Part shown: positions 41,323-51,232 of the stretch, piece after piece | How the letters are laid out: each line of letters begins with the position of its first letter | Numbering within the stretch: position 1 is the first letter of the stretch | Notes under the pieces: generated by a model | Seen by the model: only the letters and a program-made list of their open reading frames with translations | Database searches by the model: none | What the model was told of the DNA's origin: nothing | Program-made: the position numbers and the translations under genes | Assembly (NCBI GenBank): GCA_013824115.1 | Contig: PNNG01000035.1 | Coordinates: forward strand, 16,568-80,567 | DNA length: 64,000 nt | Origin: Sphingobacteriaceae bacterium | GTDB lineage: Bacteria; Bacteroidota; Bacteroidia; UBA7662 | Direction of reading: 5' to 3'

Positions 41323-41997
41323 TTATAAATTCAATTCGTAGTACGTCAATCTGCGTTCATAATAATTGCAAAAAGCATAGTGCTCGTTTGCCCATGCCAG
41401 TTGGTCGATAGCCAAACCGATACCCGGAACAAATAATCGACGTAAATACAATCCGCTGTCGCAAATCGACATATGCATGCCGTTGGTGAAATAGTCATGT
41501 AGTTGCATCTCATAGGCAGGCATCGGGCGAGCCGGAAATAATATGCCATTAATCCTACCCGCAGGTAGTGCGAAGGTTTGATTGGCGCGCCCAATTGCAT
41601 GGGTCACCACATATGAGTTGGGCGACTGAAAAGTGATCGTGTCGGGCATGTTGCGATTTGCCCAATACACCAAGCCATGGTGATCGACCACATGGCCCGA
41701 ACTATCACGAAAAAACCAATTCCAAGCACCAATATTGAACCAAGTATCAGCCAGATGTACATAGGTGTTTCCATTGATCACACTATCTCCAACAATGCGG
41801 ATGGTGTCTGGTCTTCCAAATGGGGTAGCAATACCGTTGCTATCTACTTTAAAGATGTCGTATACATAGTACGAACCCATTCCTGTCCTTAAGATAGGCG
41901 CATTGGGCGCACCTGGGCTAAATGGTGTTCGAGGTGTTTCTTTTTGGCATGATACAATGCCCGAAATTAAAAGGAGGAACAACAGTTGCTGTCGCAT
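41323..41997 (-). CDS. Hypothetical lipoprotein
   Basis: Lipobox IVSC; GSYYVY, GDSVING, FVPGIG. Confidence 0.7.
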   Translation of the reverse strand: MRQQLLFLLLISGIVSCQKETPRTPFSPGAPNAPILRTGMGSYYVYDIFKVDSNGIATPFGRPDTIRIVGDSVINGNTYVHLADTWFNIGAWNWFFRDSSGHVVDHHGLVYWANRNMPDTITFQSPNSYVVTHAIGRANQTFALPAGRINGILFPARPMPAYEMQLHDYFTNGMHMSICDSGLYLRRLFVPGIGLAIDQLAWANEHYAFCNYYERRLTYYELNL

Positions 41998-42207
41998 TCG
42001 AATTGTTTAAACCAAACAAACGCTTTCTTGTGCTTTTTAGTGTTCAAGCAATACGCTTTGCTTGCAGTTATCTCACTTTGACAATAAAAAGTCCGCGGTT
42101 TAGCGTATACGGCTACCTTTAAAATAACCGTAAACGCTGTTTTCGTTTTCCTTGTGAAAAAAGCAGAGAAGTCAGCCACCGGTGAAAGCCTCCCTGCATC
42201 TTTTCAA

Positions 42208-42993
42208 TCAACCCCTAAACTTCGGTGCCCGCTTCTCTAAAAACGCCTGCGTCCCTTCTCTGAATTCAGGGGTTTGGAAGAGCGATCCGAAAGTTTCAAT
42301 TTCGTTTTCAAAGCCGTTTTCCTCCATATCGTAATAGTCGTTCACCAAAGCAATGCAGTGGGCCACGGCAACCGGACCTTTGGTGGCAATTTTGTTCAAA
42401 ATTTCGAGGCCTTTGGCGCGCAAATCGGCCACATTTTCTACCACATGGTTCACCAATCCCAGGCGGTGAGCTTCGTCGGCCTTGATGGCATCGCCGGTAA
42501 GCAACAACTCCAGGGCCTTGGCCTTGCCAACCAATTGCACCAACCGCTGGGTGCCGGCATAACCGGGTATGAGGCCCAAATTCACTTCAGGTTGACCAAA
42601 ACGCGCGTTGCCCGAAGCTATGCGCATATGGCAAGCCATGGCGAGTTCGCAACCTCCGCCCAAGGCAAAACCGTTCACCAGTGCAATCACCGGCTTTTCG
42701 CAGTTTTCGATGCCGTTGAAAATGGCATGACCTGCTGCCGAAAGCTCGGTGCCTTGCTCTTCGTCAAAATCGGCAAACTCGCTGATGTCGGCACCAGCAG
42801 CAAAGGCCTTTTCGTCCGAACCAGTGAGCAAAATGCCCGTTACGGCATCGTCGGCAATGGCCTCGGCCATGGCGCCATCAATTTCCGCCAGGGTAAGGCG
42901 GTTGAGGGCGTTGAGTTTGTCGGGACGGTTGATGGTGATGGTGGCAATGCCGCCTTCTACCGCGTAAAGAATGTTTTCGTAGGCCATGGCCAC
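42208..42993 (-). CDS. Enoyl-CoA hydratase/isomerase (crotonase)
   Basis: NRPDKLNAL, AAGADI, GGGCELAMAC and QPEVNLG motifs. Confidence 0.95.
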   Translation of the reverse strand: MAMAYENILYAVEGGIATITINRPDKLNALNRLTLAEIDGAMAEAIADDAVTGILLTGSDEKAFAAGADISEFADFDEEQGTELSAAGHAIFNGIENCEKPVIALVNGFALGGGCELAMACHMRIASGNARFGQPEVNLGLIPGYAGTQRLVQLVGKAKALELLLTGDAIKADEAHRLGLVNHVVENVADLRAKGLEILNKIATKGPVAVAHCIALVNDYYDMEENGFENEIETFGSLFQTPEFREGTQAFLEKRAPKFRG

Positions 42994-43258
42994 TTGGTTT
43001 TATGTTGCTATTGCTTGAAAATTTAACCGCAGAGAACGCAGAGAAAATTTATGGATGGGTATGCAAAACGAGCCTTGGTAGGTACGGTTGACACATGAAA
43101 ATGTGGATGCGCCCTTTCGGTTGCGCTTAGGCTGCAAATGAAAAGCTGCACGCATGGCCTGAGATAGCGGAGGCGTTTGGCCTTCGCTGATTCGCAGCTC
43201 GGCCGGAGTACGCAGAGCTTGGCTAATAGTCATCGAGCTTATCATGCAAATCCTATGG

Positions 43259-43489
43259 CTACTTCTTCTTTTGCTGTTCTTCTTTTTTGGCGTCGTACTC
43301 GTCTTTCAAGGTCTTGTTCACATGGTCATCGCGATCAACCAGCTTTTTATCGGCAACGGTTTCGTCTAAAAATGCATTGATTTGGCGGATGTCCATGGTG
43401 CTTTTGATTTCACCAAACTCATTGATGGTGATGTTAAAACCATCGAGCCGCTCGTCGAGCTGGGGTTTGTTTTTGTCTTTTTTAGCCAT
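43259..43489 (-). CDS. Small conserved hypothetical protein
   Basis: Overlaps the gltX stop; GFNITINEFGEI and DKKL; host-like codons. Confidence 0.7.
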   Translation of the reverse strand: MAKKDKNKPQLDERLDGFNITINEFGEIKSTMDIRQINAFLDETVADKKLVDRDDHVNKTLKDEYDAKKEEQQKKK

Positions 43490-45014
43490 GACCTAAGGTA
43501 TTGAGGGCGGCTGCCAGTCGCGCCACAATTTGATCGCGGCCCAGCAAGGCGGTGAGTTCAAAAATAGCCGGACCAGCACCCTGTCCGCTGATGGCCAAAC
43601 GGTAAGCCTGCATCAACTGTCCGGGTTTGAGTTCCATGGCCGTAGCCGTTTCGTTAAAAATGGCTTCGCAGCTGGCAGCATCCCAACTATTCAAACCGGC
43701 AAAGGCCGCCTGTAGTTTTTCGATGAAGGCAGGAACCGGTGCTTTCCAACGCTTGGCCACCACTTCTTCATCGTAGGTAGTGGGTGCTTCAAAGAAGTAC
43801 TGGCTCATTTTGTAAAAGTCGCCCACCAAAGTCATGCGCTCGTTCATAAGGCGGATGGCTTCGGTGAGAAAATCCATGTCTACCATGTGACCAGCAGCCA
43901 ACACTTGTGGCACCACCATTTCGGCCAATTCGGCATGGGGACGATTGCGGAGGTACTGCTGGTTGAACCAGTTCAATTTGGTGAAATCGTAACGGGCACC
44001 GTGTTTGTTCACGCGCTCAAGGCTGAAGGCTTGCACCAGCTCTTCGAGACTAAATATCTCACGGTTATCGCCGGGATTCCAGCCCAATAAGGCCAAAAAG
44101 TTCACATATGCCTCCGGGAAATAACCCGATTCGCGGTAACCCAAGGTGGTTTCGCCGGTTTCGGGGCTCGTCCAGTTGATGGCGTAAAAGGGCAATCCCA
44201 AACGGTCGCCATCGCGTTTGCTCAGCTTGCCGTCGCCATCGGGCTTGAGCAACAAAGGCAGGTGTGCAAACTGCGGCATCACGGCCTCCCAGCCGAAGGC
44301 CTGATACAGCAAAACGTGCAAAGGCGTGCTGGGCAGCCACTCTTCACCGCGAATCACGTGGGTGATTTTCATCAAATAATCGTCTACCACATTGGCGAGG
44401 TGATACGTGGGCATGCCATCGCTTTTGAAAAGCACTTTGTCGTCGAGCTGCGAGGTGTTTACCACCACCCAACTGCGGATGATGTCTTTCACACGCACTT
44501 CCTCGTTGCGAGGCATTTTGAAACGGATCACATAGGGGTCGCCAGCATCCAGCCGGCGCTGCACCTCATCGGCAGGCAGACTGAGGGAATTTTTCATGTT
44601 CACCCGCGTGATGCTGTTGTATTGAGGCGAAGCTACGTTGGCCTTTTTGAGGCGCTCGCGCATTTCTTCGAGCTCTTCTTCGGTATCGAAAGCGTAATAG
44701 GCATGACCGGCCGCAATTAACTGATCGGCATACTGGCGGTACATGGCCTTGCGCTCGCTCTGGCGGTAGGGACCGTGCGGACCACCCACGTGCACGCCTT
44801 CGTCGAACTTCATGCCGCACCACTCCAGCGATTCGATGATGAACTGCTCGGCACCAGGCACAAAGCGGGTTTGGTCGGTGTCTTCTATGCGAAGTATAAA
44901 GGTGCCGCCAGTTTGCCGGGCGAGCAGGTAGTTAAAAAGGGCGGTACGAACGCCACCGGGGTGCAAAGGACCGGTAGGGCTGGGCGCAAATCGAACGCGA
45001 ACGGGAGTACTCAT
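43482..45014 (-). CDS. gltX: Glutamate-tRNA ligase
   Basis: RFAPSPTG, HPGG (HIGH variant), RIEDTD, KLSKR; TATCTTTG box at 45029-45036. Confidence 0.97.
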   Translation of the reverse strand: MSTPVRVRFAPSPTGPLHPGGVRTALFNYLLARQTGGTFILRIEDTDQTRFVPGAEQFIIESLEWCGMKFDEGVHVGGPHGPYRQSERKAMYRQYADQLIAAGHAYYAFDTEEELEEMRERLKKANVASPQYNSITRVNMKNSLSLPADEVQRRLDAGDPYVIRFKMPRNEEVRVKDIIRSWVVVNTSQLDDKVLFKSDGMPTYHLANVVDDYLMKITHVIRGEEWLPSTPLHVLLYQAFGWEAVMPQFAHLPLLLKPDGDGKLSKRDGDRLGLPFYAINWTSPETGETTLGYRESGYFPEAYVNFLALLGWNPGDNREIFSLEELVQAFSLERVNKHGARYDFTKLNWFNQQYLRNRPHAELAEMVVPQVLAAGHMVDMDFLTEAIRLMNERMTLVGDFYKMSQYFFEAPTTYDEEVVAKRWKAPVPAFIEKLQAAFAGLNSWDAASCEAIFNETATAMELKPGQLMQAYRLAISGQGAGPAIFELTALLGRDQIVARLAAALNTLGHG

Positions 45015-45267
45015 CTCAAAAATTTGTGCAAAGATACGGAAAGCAGTGGCAAGGAGGTGGATATGAACTTGCTACACGTGTCGCCCCAACAGAAAACCAA
45101 AAAATTTTGGTATAGGCACAAAAACGCTTGAAAAGCCTTGACTTTTTTGGGTACACCCGAAAAATCTACAACGCTTCTCAGCCCCAAGCTAGGTTTATTC
45201 GAAAGCTCGTTTTTTGAATAGCTTGATTAAATGCACGATAGGTGTCATTTTTGCGTTCCTCATACTC

Positions 45268-45636
45268 ATGTCGCGAAAAATCGCCCATTTCTGCTGCTAT
45301 TTGTGGATGTTACTGGTGCTCAACACCATGTTTCAGCGGGTATTTGGCACCGGCATGCAGCCACTCGAAGACCCCGTAAATTCGCTGAGCGAATTGGTAC
45401 TTGAAGAGGTGTTGGGTTTGGAGGATGGCATGTCGACCGACGAACAAAGCGAAGACACGCGCCGCATGAAAAGCTCGAGCCCGTTGGTTTGGCATGTTGC
45501 GGTTTTAGAAACGCTTTCATTGAATATTCCTGGGCTGATTATCTCTACCAAGGCTTTGCATCCTGCCGCCTATTTGCCCGAAAACAACAGTGAGGTATTG
45601 CTTCCTCCCCCCGATGTGCAGGCCTATTCCGCCTGA
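45268..45636 (+). CDS. Small exported-type protein ending LLPPPDVQAYSA (candidate leader/arrest peptide)
   Basis: Hydrophobic N-terminus, acidic LSELVLEEVLGLED..DEQSED core, PPP near the C-terminus, 32 nt before the next gene. Confidence 0.6.
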   Translation: MSRKIAHFCCYLWMLLVLNTMFQRVFGTGMQPLEDPVNSLSELVLEEVLGLEDGMSTDEQSEDTRRMKSSSPLVWHVAVLETLSLNIPGLIISTKALHPAAYLPENNSEVLLPPPDVQAYSA

Positions 45637-45642
45637 TTTTTT
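45619..45642 (+). terminator. Terminator-like hairpin overlapping the upstream ORF stop (possible attenuator)
   Basis: CAGGC-ctattcc-GCCTG-A-TTTTTT; the stem is only 5 bp. Confidence 0.45.
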
Positions 45643-45668
45643 ACACATCCGTTTTCTAAAAAGCAAAA

Positions 45669-46532
45669 ATGACTCAAATCATCAAATGGGGCGGCACGCT
45701 TGTGGCCTGCTGCCTGTCGGTAATTGTATGGGGACAAATCTATGCCCCAGAGGATTCCCTCCACTTTCCCATCGAAAAAAGCCTGCCAGCCAAAGTGCTG
45801 CATGCCGAACCGCTATACATCGACCTCATCCGCGACCTGGGAGCCCGCAAGGGCGAACGCGAATGGAACGTAGGTGCCGCCACTGTGGATCGATTGCGGT
45901 TCGACCGCTATGAAGCGCTCATCGAATATGAATGGGCCCCGCGCGACCGATTGGGACTGGAAATAGAGCTACCGCTCACGTTTTACGGTCCGGTTACAGC
46001 CCGGCTTGATTCTGTGAAGCCATCCAACCGAATCGAATCGCTCAAAACCGCTGCGCAATGGAGCTTTTGGGTTTCGCCCCAACACAAAACCACCCTGGCA
46101 TTGGGCTACATCAATGAACTCGAACTCACCGATTTGAACCGCATGAGAAGCGGTCCGTTTTTTACGGGCAATACCTTCAACCCGTTTTTGGTGGCGGCCA
46201 AGCGCTTGAGCCAAAACTGGCACAGTTCGGTGTATACAGGTCCGCAATTTACTTTACGCTTTAAGGATGGGAACTGGGACCGCCGCTATGAACTACACGC
46301 CAACCTGCACTATATGCTTTCGGGTACCCGCAATTTTGTGGGCTTAGAAGTGAACCAGTATTTCGGGAAGGCAGGTCATGACATCCGTTTGAGGCCTCAG
46401 ATGCGCTTGGAAATCAACGACCATTTTCTGGTAGGGATTGTGGCCGGTATTCCGGTGAGCACACGCGAAGAAGGCTTAAGCAGCTTCATCAGGCTCATTT
46501 ACGAGCCTCCGCATAAAAAGAAAAAGGTTTAA
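45669..46532 (+). CDS. HAEPLYID family exported/outer-membrane protein
   Basis: Signal peptide; literal HAEPLYIDLIRDLGARKGE motif; beta-strand pattern. Confidence 0.85.
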   Translation: MTQIIKWGGTLVACCLSVIVWGQIYAPEDSLHFPIEKSLPAKVLHAEPLYIDLIRDLGARKGEREWNVGAATVDRLRFDRYEALIEYEWAPRDRLGLEIELPLTFYGPVTARLDSVKPSNRIESLKTAAQWSFWVSPQHKTTLALGYINELELTDLNRMRSGPFFTGNTFNPFLVAAKRLSQNWHSSVYTGPQFTLRFKDGNWDRRYELHANLHYMLSGTRNFVGLEVNQYFGKAGHDIRLRPQMRLEINDHFLVGIVAGIPVSTREEGLSSFIRLIYEPPHKKKKV

Positions 46533-47413
46533 ATCTTGCGCTTGCGATTTACCAACCAAATGCCCAGCAGGATGCAGCCCATGCCTGCCAGGTGGGTCCA
46601 GCCCAGGGTTTCTCCATCCAAAAAGCCCCAAAAAAGCGCCACAATGGGCATGAGGTAGGTAGTGGTGGAGGCAAATACAGGGCCGCTGGTTTGAATGAGC
46701 CGGTTAAAGGCAATCAAACTGGCGGCCGAGCCCACCAAGCCCAAAATGGAGAGGTAGCCAACGGCCTCCCAAGCGCCTGGCAAGTCCAAGCGGCTGGTAA
46801 AATCGGTGCTGAACAGCAAAACCGAAGCGGGAATGCCTGCCAACACCAGAGGCACGGCAGCGGTCACCACCGGTTTCATATCGTTCAGATAACGTCCTAC
46901 CGTATTCACGCTGATGCCATACATGAGGGTTGCCAAAACCACCAGAAGTCCCCATGCCCAATTGGGGTCGTACATGCCATTGCCTTTGAGCAAAATGAGG
47001 AAAAGTGCCCCTGCAAAGCCCACAGCTACACCCAAAGCCTTGTTCTTTTGGAAAGGATAGCCAAAAATGAGCACACCCAACAGCAAAGTAAACAAGGGCG
47101 TCAAGGCATTCAATGCTCCTGCTGTTGAACTACTCAGGTGGGTTTGAGCGGTTGAAAAAAGGAAGGCAGGGATGCCATTGCCTACCAAGCCCACAATGGC
47201 AAAGTACTTCAACCTACTCCATAGCGGCCTGCGAAAATGCCTGAATACCACGGGCAATAGGGCGGCAGCGGCAATGGTCAACCTGAAGGCGCCCACTTGC
47301 ACCGGCGAGAATACCTCTAAACCGCGTTTCATGAGGATGAATGAGCTGCCCCAAATGAATGAGAGCACCAATAATATGGCGATGGGCAAAAAGGGATGGT
47401 GCTTATTTTCCAT
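46529..47413 (-). CDS. DMT/EamA family transporter
   Basis: IWGSSF; about ten TM helices; two EamA repeats. Confidence 0.9.
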   Translation of the reverse strand: MENKHHPFLPIAILLVLSFIWGSSFILMKRGLEVFSPVQVGAFRLTIAAAALLPVVFRHFRRPLWSRLKYFAIVGLVGNGIPAFLFSTAQTHLSSSTAGALNALTPLFTLLLGVLIFGYPFQKNKALGVAVGFAGALFLILLKGNGMYDPNWAWGLLVVLATLMYGISVNTVGRYLNDMKPVVTAAVPLVLAGIPASVLLFSTDFTSRLDLPGAWEAVGYLSILGLVGSAASLIAFNRLIQTSGPVFASTTTYLMPIVALFWGFLDGETLGWTHLAGMGCILLGIWLVNRKRKI

Positions 47414-47528
47414 GGCAAAAGCAGCACAAAGATGGGTTTTTTAGACGCATGGCCTGTAAAAATGTGGTCCTTCACAATCGATTACAATCAAAATGCGGTA
47501 AAAGTGTACCTTTAATAATCGATTGATT

Positions 47529-50120
47529 ATGAAAAAGTTGTTTTGGTTGTGTTTGCTGCTGAGCGGGTTGCAAACCAACGCCCAGTTAATGGTGGAAGAA
47601 GATGTCCGCTTGGCCTTGCGCCAGTTGGCCGAAAAACAAGAAAGCTACCTCCCTGTGGTACTGGTCTTTCACAACCAATACCATTTCGACAGTTTGGCCA
47701 TGCTTTTTGAACACGAACAGGCCGACAAACACCGTCGCGTTACCACTGTGCTACGCGAAGGTCAATACCACCACGACCAAACCTTGGCGCCCTGGCTCAC
47801 AGCCTTAGCTGCTTGGGAAGAAGCCCAGTTGTTGCGCAACCGCAAGGGCAGCTGGATGATTAACGCCCTCTTTTTTGAGATGAAACCGGCTTTACTTGCC
47901 CAACTCGAGCAGCTGAACCTACCCGCACACCTGCAACACCTACCAGTATTTGAAATTTTTCAGCCCGGCTACCGTGTAAGCGATGCCTCCCCCGAAGCAC
48001 TCAATGCCGCAGAACCAGGCTTGCGTACCATCAAGGCCAATTTCATGTGGCAACTGGGCTACAGCGGTCTCGGACAAATGGCCTATGTGTACGATTCTGG
48101 TACCCGCACCGAACACCCTGCCTTACGCGAGCAGCATCTCGCCAACCGTTTTAGCCTCAGCTGGGCCTGGCGCTCGTTTCATGGCAATGTGCTGCCTACC
48201 GACCGCGACGAAGAGCATGGCACCCACGTAGCCGGCACCATTTTAGGACTCGAAAAAGCCAACAACGATACCGTTGGCGTTGCCCCGGCAGCTTATTTTA
48301 TCAGCAACGACATCATTCCCAGCGGAGCTCTCAACGGAACCATCATCGTTGATGCGTATCAGTATGCACTCAATCCCGACGGCAACGCTTCCACCACCTT
48401 CGACGTTCCAGATGTGATCAACAATTCATGGGGCGGAACAGCTTCTCAGTTTTTGTGCAACTTTATGAGTGGTACTTTTGCCGCACTCGAAGCAGCAGGC
48501 ATAGGCAATATTTATGCAGCAGGCAACGATGGTCCCAATCCATCTACTGTGGGTCTGTATGGCGCTGTGGCGGCCGACAGTCTCCGTAATTTTTCAGTGG
48601 GCAACATCAACGCATCTACACCCGCATGGCCCATCAATTCCACTTCCAGCCGAGGACCTACAGTATGTGCCAATAACGCCCCCTTGAACATCAAACCAGA
48701 AGTTTCGGCACCTGGCACCAATATCCGCTCATCGGTGGGCGAAAATGGCTACAGCCAATACACCGGCACCAGCATGGCCTCGCCTCACGTTTCGGGTGCT
48801 TATTTGTTGTTGAAAGAAGCTTTTCCAAACGCATCACCTCGCCAATTACTCAATGCACTGTATCAAACCGCTATCGACCTGGGTGATGCAGGCGAAGACA
48901 ATGTGTTTGGCCGTGGCATGATTGATTTGCAAGCTGCCTACACCCGCCTTTCACAGCAATTTACCCCTGCCGTACCCAACGCACGCCGTCGCGATTTGGC
49001 GCTACTCGGACTTGAAAACCGCCGCGATGGCAATCGCCTTTGTCAACAAGTTTTCAGTGCCCAGGAAAGAATTATTGTCAAAAATGTAGGCCGCGATACC
49101 GTCACCAATTTTACCATTCAATACGGCTACAATGCTTACAGCAGCAGCACGAGCTGGTCGGGGAACCTGCGGCCCGGACAACAAATAATCATTCCATTGA
49201 CCTTACTCACGCCCTTACCAGCGGCCTTGACCGAATTCACTGCTCGGGTCATTTCTTCTGGTGCCATCGATCGCGATACCGTGAACAACTACTTTGCGGT
49301 GCGTATTCGCCGCCAAGATGGAAGCACCGTTTTTGGCAATATGGATGGTGGGGTGCACCAAAATTTTTCGAATAATGCCATTTTTGGCAATGCATGGTTC
49401 ATTAACAACCTTAATAATGACGCAGTTACATGGGAAACCCACAATGTAGTGGGCCTTCCTGGCACCTTTAGCGCCATGAAAGTGCGGATGGGGGGCTACT
49501 CACCCGCAAGCGGTCAGCTTGATGAACTGGTAAGTCCCTACTTTACCCCTGCAGGCAGTGGCAACATCAATTTGCACTTCAGGATGGCCTATCGAAACCG
49601 TTCAGGCTTTAACAACGACAGTTTGGTGGTGTTGATGAGCACCGATTGTACCGTTTGGACGGAAGTATACCGCGATGGTGGCAGCAGCATGGTGACTTAC
49701 AATGTTGGCACCGAGCCCACCCAAGCCGCTCACTGGCGTACTGTGAGCATACCCAATGTACTGCCTGCCAATACCAAGGTTTCGCTCAAATTCGTTACCC
49801 GCAATGGATTTGGCGGCAATTTATACCTCACCAACGTATCGTATGGTTGGTTGCCTTTGGGTACGGGCAACGAGGCAGCTCCGGCATTTTCGATGTATCC
49901 AAATCCTACAAATAGTCAGGTGCAAATAGATCTGGAAGCAGGCGGTGTAGCTCAGCAACTGCTGCTCACCGATTTACAAGGCAGGGTACTACAGAAACAC
50001 CAACTCAGTGCCGATAGTCGTTCATTTACCTTAGACCTTCATGCACTTCAAGCCGGATTGTTTTTGGTACAGCTACAAGGCCCGGGCGGTCGTCGGGTTG
50101 AAAAACTGGTGAAGCAGTAA
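47529..50120 (+). CDS. S8 subtilisin-like peptidase with T9SS C-terminal domain
   Basis: DSG, HGTHVAG, GTSMASPH catalytic triad; YPNP...DLQGR...KLVK C-terminal domain. Confidence 0.93.
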   Translation: MKKLFWLCLLLSGLQTNAQLMVEEDVRLALRQLAEKQESYLPVVLVFHNQYHFDSLAMLFEHEQADKHRRVTTVLREGQYHHDQTLAPWLTALAAWEEAQLLRNRKGSWMINALFFEMKPALLAQLEQLNLPAHLQHLPVFEIFQPGYRVSDASPEALNAAEPGLRTIKANFMWQLGYSGLGQMAYVYDSGTRTEHPALREQHLANRFSLSWAWRSFHGNVLPTDRDEEHGTHVAGTILGLEKANNDTVGVAPAAYFISNDIIPSGALNGTIIVDAYQYALNPDGNASTTFDVPDVINNSWGGTASQFLCNFMSGTFAALEAAGIGNIYAAGNDGPNPSTVGLYGAVAADSLRNFSVGNINASTPAWPINSTSSRGPTVCANNAPLNIKPEVSAPGTNIRSSVGENGYSQYTGTSMASPHVSGAYLLLKEAFPNASPRQLLNALYQTAIDLGDAGEDNVFGRGMIDLQAAYTRLSQQFTPAVPNARRRDLALLGLENRRDGNRLCQQVFSAQERIIVKNVGRDTVTNFTIQYGYNAYSSSTSWSGNLRPGQQIIIPLTLLTPLPAALTEFTARVISSGAIDRDTVNNYFAVRIRRQDGSTVFGNMDGGVHQNFSNNAIFGNAWFINNLNNDAVTWETHNVVGLPGTFSAMKVRMGGYSPASGQLDELVSPYFTPAGSGNINLHFRMAYRNRSGFNNDSLVVLMSTDCTVWTEVYRDGGSSMVTYNVGTEPTQAAHWRTVSIPNVLPANTKVSLKFVTRNGFGGNLYLTNVSYGWLPLGTGNEAAPAFSMYPNPTNSQVQIDLEAGGVAQQLLLTDLQGRVLQKHQLSADSRSFTLDLHALQAGLFLVQLQGPGGRRVEKLVKQ

Positions 50121-50130
50121 TATACCGACC

Positions 50131-50805
50131 TCAAAATTGAGGTGCTAGACTTTCGGTTTTCAGCAGGGGACAGAGCTTATAGCGCGGGTCGTGGGTATCG
50201 GCATACATGGCTTCCAGCAGGCTGCGTACTTCGCGCAAGCCAATGCGTTCTGCCCAGGCAAAAGGCCCCTGCGGATAATTGGTGCCCAGCTGCATACCCA
50301 AATCGATATCGGCTTTGTTGGCCGTACCTTCTTGCAAGGCATAATAAGCTTCATTGATAATCATGCAAATTACCCTGGGCGTTATCATGCCTACACGGTC
50401 GGCCACCCGCACATGGTCTATGCCCAGGCCTTGCAACTTTTCTTGCAACACCGGCAAAGCACTTTCGGTGGCTACACTCACTTCCCAAGGGGTAACCGAC
50501 AAACAACCCGGCCAGGCATTGATGCCAGCCATGTGAAAGAGCGGTAAACGTACGCCCAAGCCTGCAGCCACTGCAGCCAATTGAATTTGGTTGCTGTGCA
50601 AAAAGAAAAAAGCCTGGCTTTGGGTGGCATACAAACCCAAACGCTCCGGAAAAGCGTCGAACTCCAGGTCAAAAACCAGTTCAACATCCTGCAAATCGGC
50701 GGCATTTACTGCATGGCCAGCTGGCAAAAAACGCGCTGGTAGGGCTGCAAGTGTTGCAGGAAGTTGTTGACGACGGTTTTGGGGACCAATAAAAAGTACG
50801 GACAT
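50131..50805 (-). CDS. 3-hydroxyacyl-CoA dehydrogenase C-terminal-domain protein (no intact NAD-binding motif)
   Basis: GMITPRVICMIINEA, DIDLGMQLGTNYPQGP; no GxGxxG. Confidence 0.85.
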   Translation of the reverse strand: MSVLFIGPQNRRQQLPATLAALPARFLPAGHAVNAADLQDVELVFDLEFDAFPERLGLYATQSQAFFFLHSNQIQLAAVAAGLGVRLPLFHMAGINAWPGCLSVTPWEVSVATESALPVLQEKLQGLGIDHVRVADRVGMITPRVICMIINEAYYALQEGTANKADIDLGMQLGTNYPQGPFAWAERIGLREVRSLLEAMYADTHDPRYKLCPLLKTESLAPQF

Positions 50806-50840
50806 GGCTGCTTATCTTCACGCAAAGATAAACGTAGCCC

Positions 50841-51218
50841 ATGCAAATCATACATACTTCGGCAGCGCCCGCTCCTATAGGTCCCTACAGCCAAGCTGTT
50901 TTACACAACGGATTGCTCTATCTGTCGGGCCAAATAGCCATCGATCCAGCGAGTGGCGACTTGGTGCAGCACAGTTTAGAGGCCGAAACCCAGCAGGTGA
51001 TGAAAAATATAGCTGCCTTGTTGGAGGCAACCGGAACCTCCTTCAACAAAGTCATCAAAACCACCATTTTTTTAAGCGATATGGCGCTTTTTGCAGAGGT
51101 GAATACCATTTACGGGAGCTATTTCAGCGGTCATTATCCAGCCCGCGAAACCGTGGCAGTGAAAGGCTTGCCCAAGGGCGTAAACGTTGAAATATCGATG
51201 TTGGTGGCCGTTGACTGA
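50841..51218 (+). CDS. RidA/YjgF family enamine deaminase
   Basis: APAPIGPYSQA, SGQI, PARETV and VEI motifs. Confidence 0.93.
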   Translation: MQIIHTSAAPAPIGPYSQAVLHNGLLYLSGQIAIDPASGDLVQHSLEAETQQVMKNIAALLEATGTSFNKVIKTTIFLSDMALFAEVNTIYGSYFSGHYPARETVAVKGLPKGVNVEISMLVAVD

Positions 51219-51232
51219 GCAACGAATTGCTA

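Noticed and set aside
43000-43245. 81-aa minus-strand ORF between the gltX operon and the crotonase
   Set aside because: No recognisable motif, and it runs through repeat-like sequence; coding status is unsupported.
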